A stretch of DNA of 63,291 nt, counting the filler, from Rhabdomonas costata (Eukaryota), in the NCBI GenBank assembly GCA_019059605.1. It is 55 parts of 55 records of this genome, joined end to end, with 100 filler letters (N's around TTAATTAATTAA, not from the genome) between each part and the next. Parts side by side here need not be neighbours in the genome. Positions count along the whole stretch, not along the records: positions 59,936 to 60,987 come from JAHMHO010031236.1; positions 61,088 to 62,139 come from JAHMHO010031237.1; positions 62,240 to 63,291 come from JAHMHO010031238.1; 52 more parts are not named here. One strand, 5' to 3'. Below, piece after piece: positions 60,910-63,291 of this stretch. The translations under genes were made by a program, and so were the position numbers. The notes beneath the pieces were generated by a model. The model saw nothing but the letters and a program-made list of their open reading frames with translations. It did not search any database and was not told the DNA's origin. The first letter of the stretch is position 1, and the number at the start of each line of letters is the position of its first letter.

Positions 60910-62704
60910 CAAAGGTAACGTCAAAGAAGCCAATAAACACATGTCACTGAAAGTAGCCGTCTCGGATGTGCTGACATAGGGCAACAANNNNNNNNNNNNN
61001 NNNNNNNNNNNNNNNNNNNNNNNNNNNNNNNTTAATTAATTAANNNNNNNNNNNNNNNNNNNNNNNNNNNNNNNNNNNNNNNNNNNNGGGTTGGGTGGCA
61101 GAATGACCCAACCACTCCGCCAGGATCAGTCACTCCAGTAAGACATTAGATCATTCTGCTACTCAACCCAGAGTTCACCCCTTTCACTTACATTCTCTTG
61201 TTTACGTCACCCCGCGCCTGCCCGAAGAAACTGTCGCAACATCTGATTTCAGATGTGAAGGGTGAAGGGTCCCACCAAAAGGCTAGACGTCAACCCCACA
61301 GTTGCAGAGCACAGTTCCAAGGTCACGAAGGAAGTTATCCAAGGGAGTAAAGAAGTCTGAAAGATGCTGGGCGCTGTCACTGCGTTCACCCTTCGACTTC
61401 ATAAGTGGCTCAAATACCACCACCGGGGGGTCGGGATGCTTGTCCCGCTGGGGGTATTGGGCTGTTCCCGGTACCCTTCACTCACATTGACGCCGCATGG
61501 AATCTGTCCCATGGGATCTGGCCCCATCTTTGAGTGTTGGCCTCCCTTGTGTATGTAGTGCCTTGTACCATGCGGCCAAACTTGATTGGTGCCATCTGTG
61601 TATTGGGCTAACACACATAGGTCCATCATACAGCAGCACTCTTCTGGGTTGTGCGTTGGTCCTGGCCCTCTGCGTGTTGTTGCCGCACTCCCAACCTCCA
61701 GGCAACGAGCAGTGATGTCAGTGATGAAGAGTTTGGTTCCATCCCTCCGTCGACTCTTCCCCTTCTTCTCTCACAGTGGATCCCTTGGAGGATTTCCTGG
61801 ACTGAAACCCTCCGCTCCACCGCGTGCCCCTGCCCCTGCCCCTGCCTCTGCTCAAACTGCAGCTGCGGCCGATGACGAGGGCGACTTTTTCCTCTCTCGG
61901 GCGCCCAAAGGGTGCGCAATATATTGCCTTTCAGACGATCAATGGTCAAGGCTACTGAGCGGGACCAGACATAAGACAGACATCATCACGCCAATGCTGT
62001 CCGAAAAGGCAGTAGGTTTTATTTGAGCAATTCAAAGTGATTGGCTCAAGCTGTGAAGTGGAGGTCTTGAACCTGAGGTACCATTATTTAAGGTAGGTAT
62101 GTTGAGTTTGTGAAGAATGGGACCTCAGGTTCAAGACCTNNNNNNNNNNNNNNNNNNNNNNNNNNNNNNNNNNNNNNNNNNNNTTAATTAATTAANNNNN
62201 NNNNNNNNNNNNNNNNNNNNNNNNNNNNNNNNNNNNNNNTTTATTCAGGAGGGTCAGTCTGGAAAGATGGCTTTTGCAATAATGCGTTTTTGTCGCATAT
62301 CAATCGTTGACAATTTCAGTTTGGGCTCTTCATTCAAAGCAGTGGGACCACATTTCCGTATTTCCAAAGGGCTGAAATCAAGGGGCAATTCGTCAGAATC
62401 CTCTTTTGCAAGCCGACAGGCGATGCAACATACTCTGCTGCTATATCTCTGCATTTTTTTGAACGGATTTACTTAGCGAAGCACGGTCATCCACATTACA
62501 ATTGTCGGAAAGAAAGGCTGGAGTTCGGCGAACAAAATGAAACCACATGAGGTACACACAAAAGGGCGCCCTCGGCTTGCTTTCCAGGCACCTCATCCTA
62601 CCCTCACAGGATGGCGTTTTGGCATCAAATCAAGCACCAACTCCGCATGATTGAGGACAGGACAGAATGAACCGCTGGAAAGCGGATATGCGCTCAGAGC
62701 AAGG

Positions 62705-62927
62705 TCACAGCAAATCATCGAAGTCAGAGTCGCTGGGAAATCCACCCTCACCCTCGCCCAGAAGGCCCTCCCCCTCGGCGCCGTCCTCCCCGGGCTCCTG
62801 GCGGTTCTCGTCGAAGCCCAGCTGGGGAGCCTCGTCCTCGTCCGTCTCCCGGGCCCGGAAGTCCGTGTCGATGTCCAGACAGTGCGTGACGGCATACAGC
62901 AGCTTCTCTCGCAGCACCTCGCGGGAT
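62705..62927 (-). CDS. HECT E3 ligase, last exon with acidic tail
   Basis: cag|.SREVLREKLLYAVTHCLDIDTD matches the HECT C-terminal helix (LREKL.YA...C..ID.D). An acidic extension and a stop follow. Confidence 0.8.
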
Positions 62928-63291
62928 CTGCGTGAGAAGACGGTGCGGCGCCAGAGAACCTCATTTCAAAGCAATTGAAATGGGAGGTGGCGGCGAATGA
63001 TGGGATGCAGGGCCTCTTCCACAAAAAGAACTGGGGACCTATGCATGTTTCGAAACCAAAGAAACCCAGCCACAAGCCACTGCGAATTTTCTGGAATTTA
63101 GAATTCATATATATCCCAACAAAAACGAACTGAGAATTGCCAATAACACAGGAGGGTTGAGTTTTCAAAATTGCTCCGGAAGTTGTCAGAGACACGTACA
63201 TTTAACTCAGTGTACCCCCACACACAAACAAACAGAAAGCTTAACTGAAGAAGCTGGATAGCGCCAACACCACCCCAACCACACCCACCAC

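Noticed and set aside
1055-62239. Regularly spaced TTAATTAATTAA repeat with constant-length spacers (CRISPR-like or IES-like periodicity)
   Set aside because: It is an artificial linker embedded in Ns. The constant spacing reflects contigs of near-identical length.
5949-62927. Apparent co-location of PIF1-GIY-YIG, OTU, RT and metabolic genes as one system or cluster
   Set aside because: They lie on separate concatenated contigs, so adjacency carries no information.
3-63201. The majority of the listed six-frame ORFs
   Set aside because: They are antisense or off-frame shadows of GC-rich exons, run through introns or N-linkers, or translate microsatellites.

Overview
This window is not a continuous locus. 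It is about 55 unrelated contigs of roughly 1.05 kb, joined by an artificial 100-nt spacer (44 N + TTAATTAATTAA + 44 N). G/T-only contig starts, C/A-only contig ends and end-anchored fold-backs point to a whole-genome-amplified library. The DNA is nuclear DNA from an intron-rich flagellated protist; a euglenid-like identity is my inference, not proven. Most six-frame ORFs are spurious, and the real coding signal sits in short GC3-rich exons bounded by AG and GT. Recognisable genes are kinesin-13, bacterial-type aconitase B, two HECT E3 ligases, PPDK, COG6, a MAP3K, IleRS, a degenerate cyclophilin, a CCCH zinc-finger protein, SelO, sterol C24-methyltransferase, ankyrin proteins, DUF229, SF3B1, an SDR, a class-3 lipase and a DNAH2-like dynein. 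Mobile-element remnants include a CRE-like RT, the left end of a mariner-like element, an OTU-like fragment and a tRNA-derived SINE candidate. Three observations stand out: (1) a frameshifted, intronless PIF1-helicase C-terminus fused to an SLX1-like GIY-YIG nuclease; (2) two paralogous box C/D RNAs whose D-guide predicts methylation of U2 snRNA A30; (3) 5' splice sites reduced to roughly G|GT. All family calls come from recognising motifs by eye; no searches were run.
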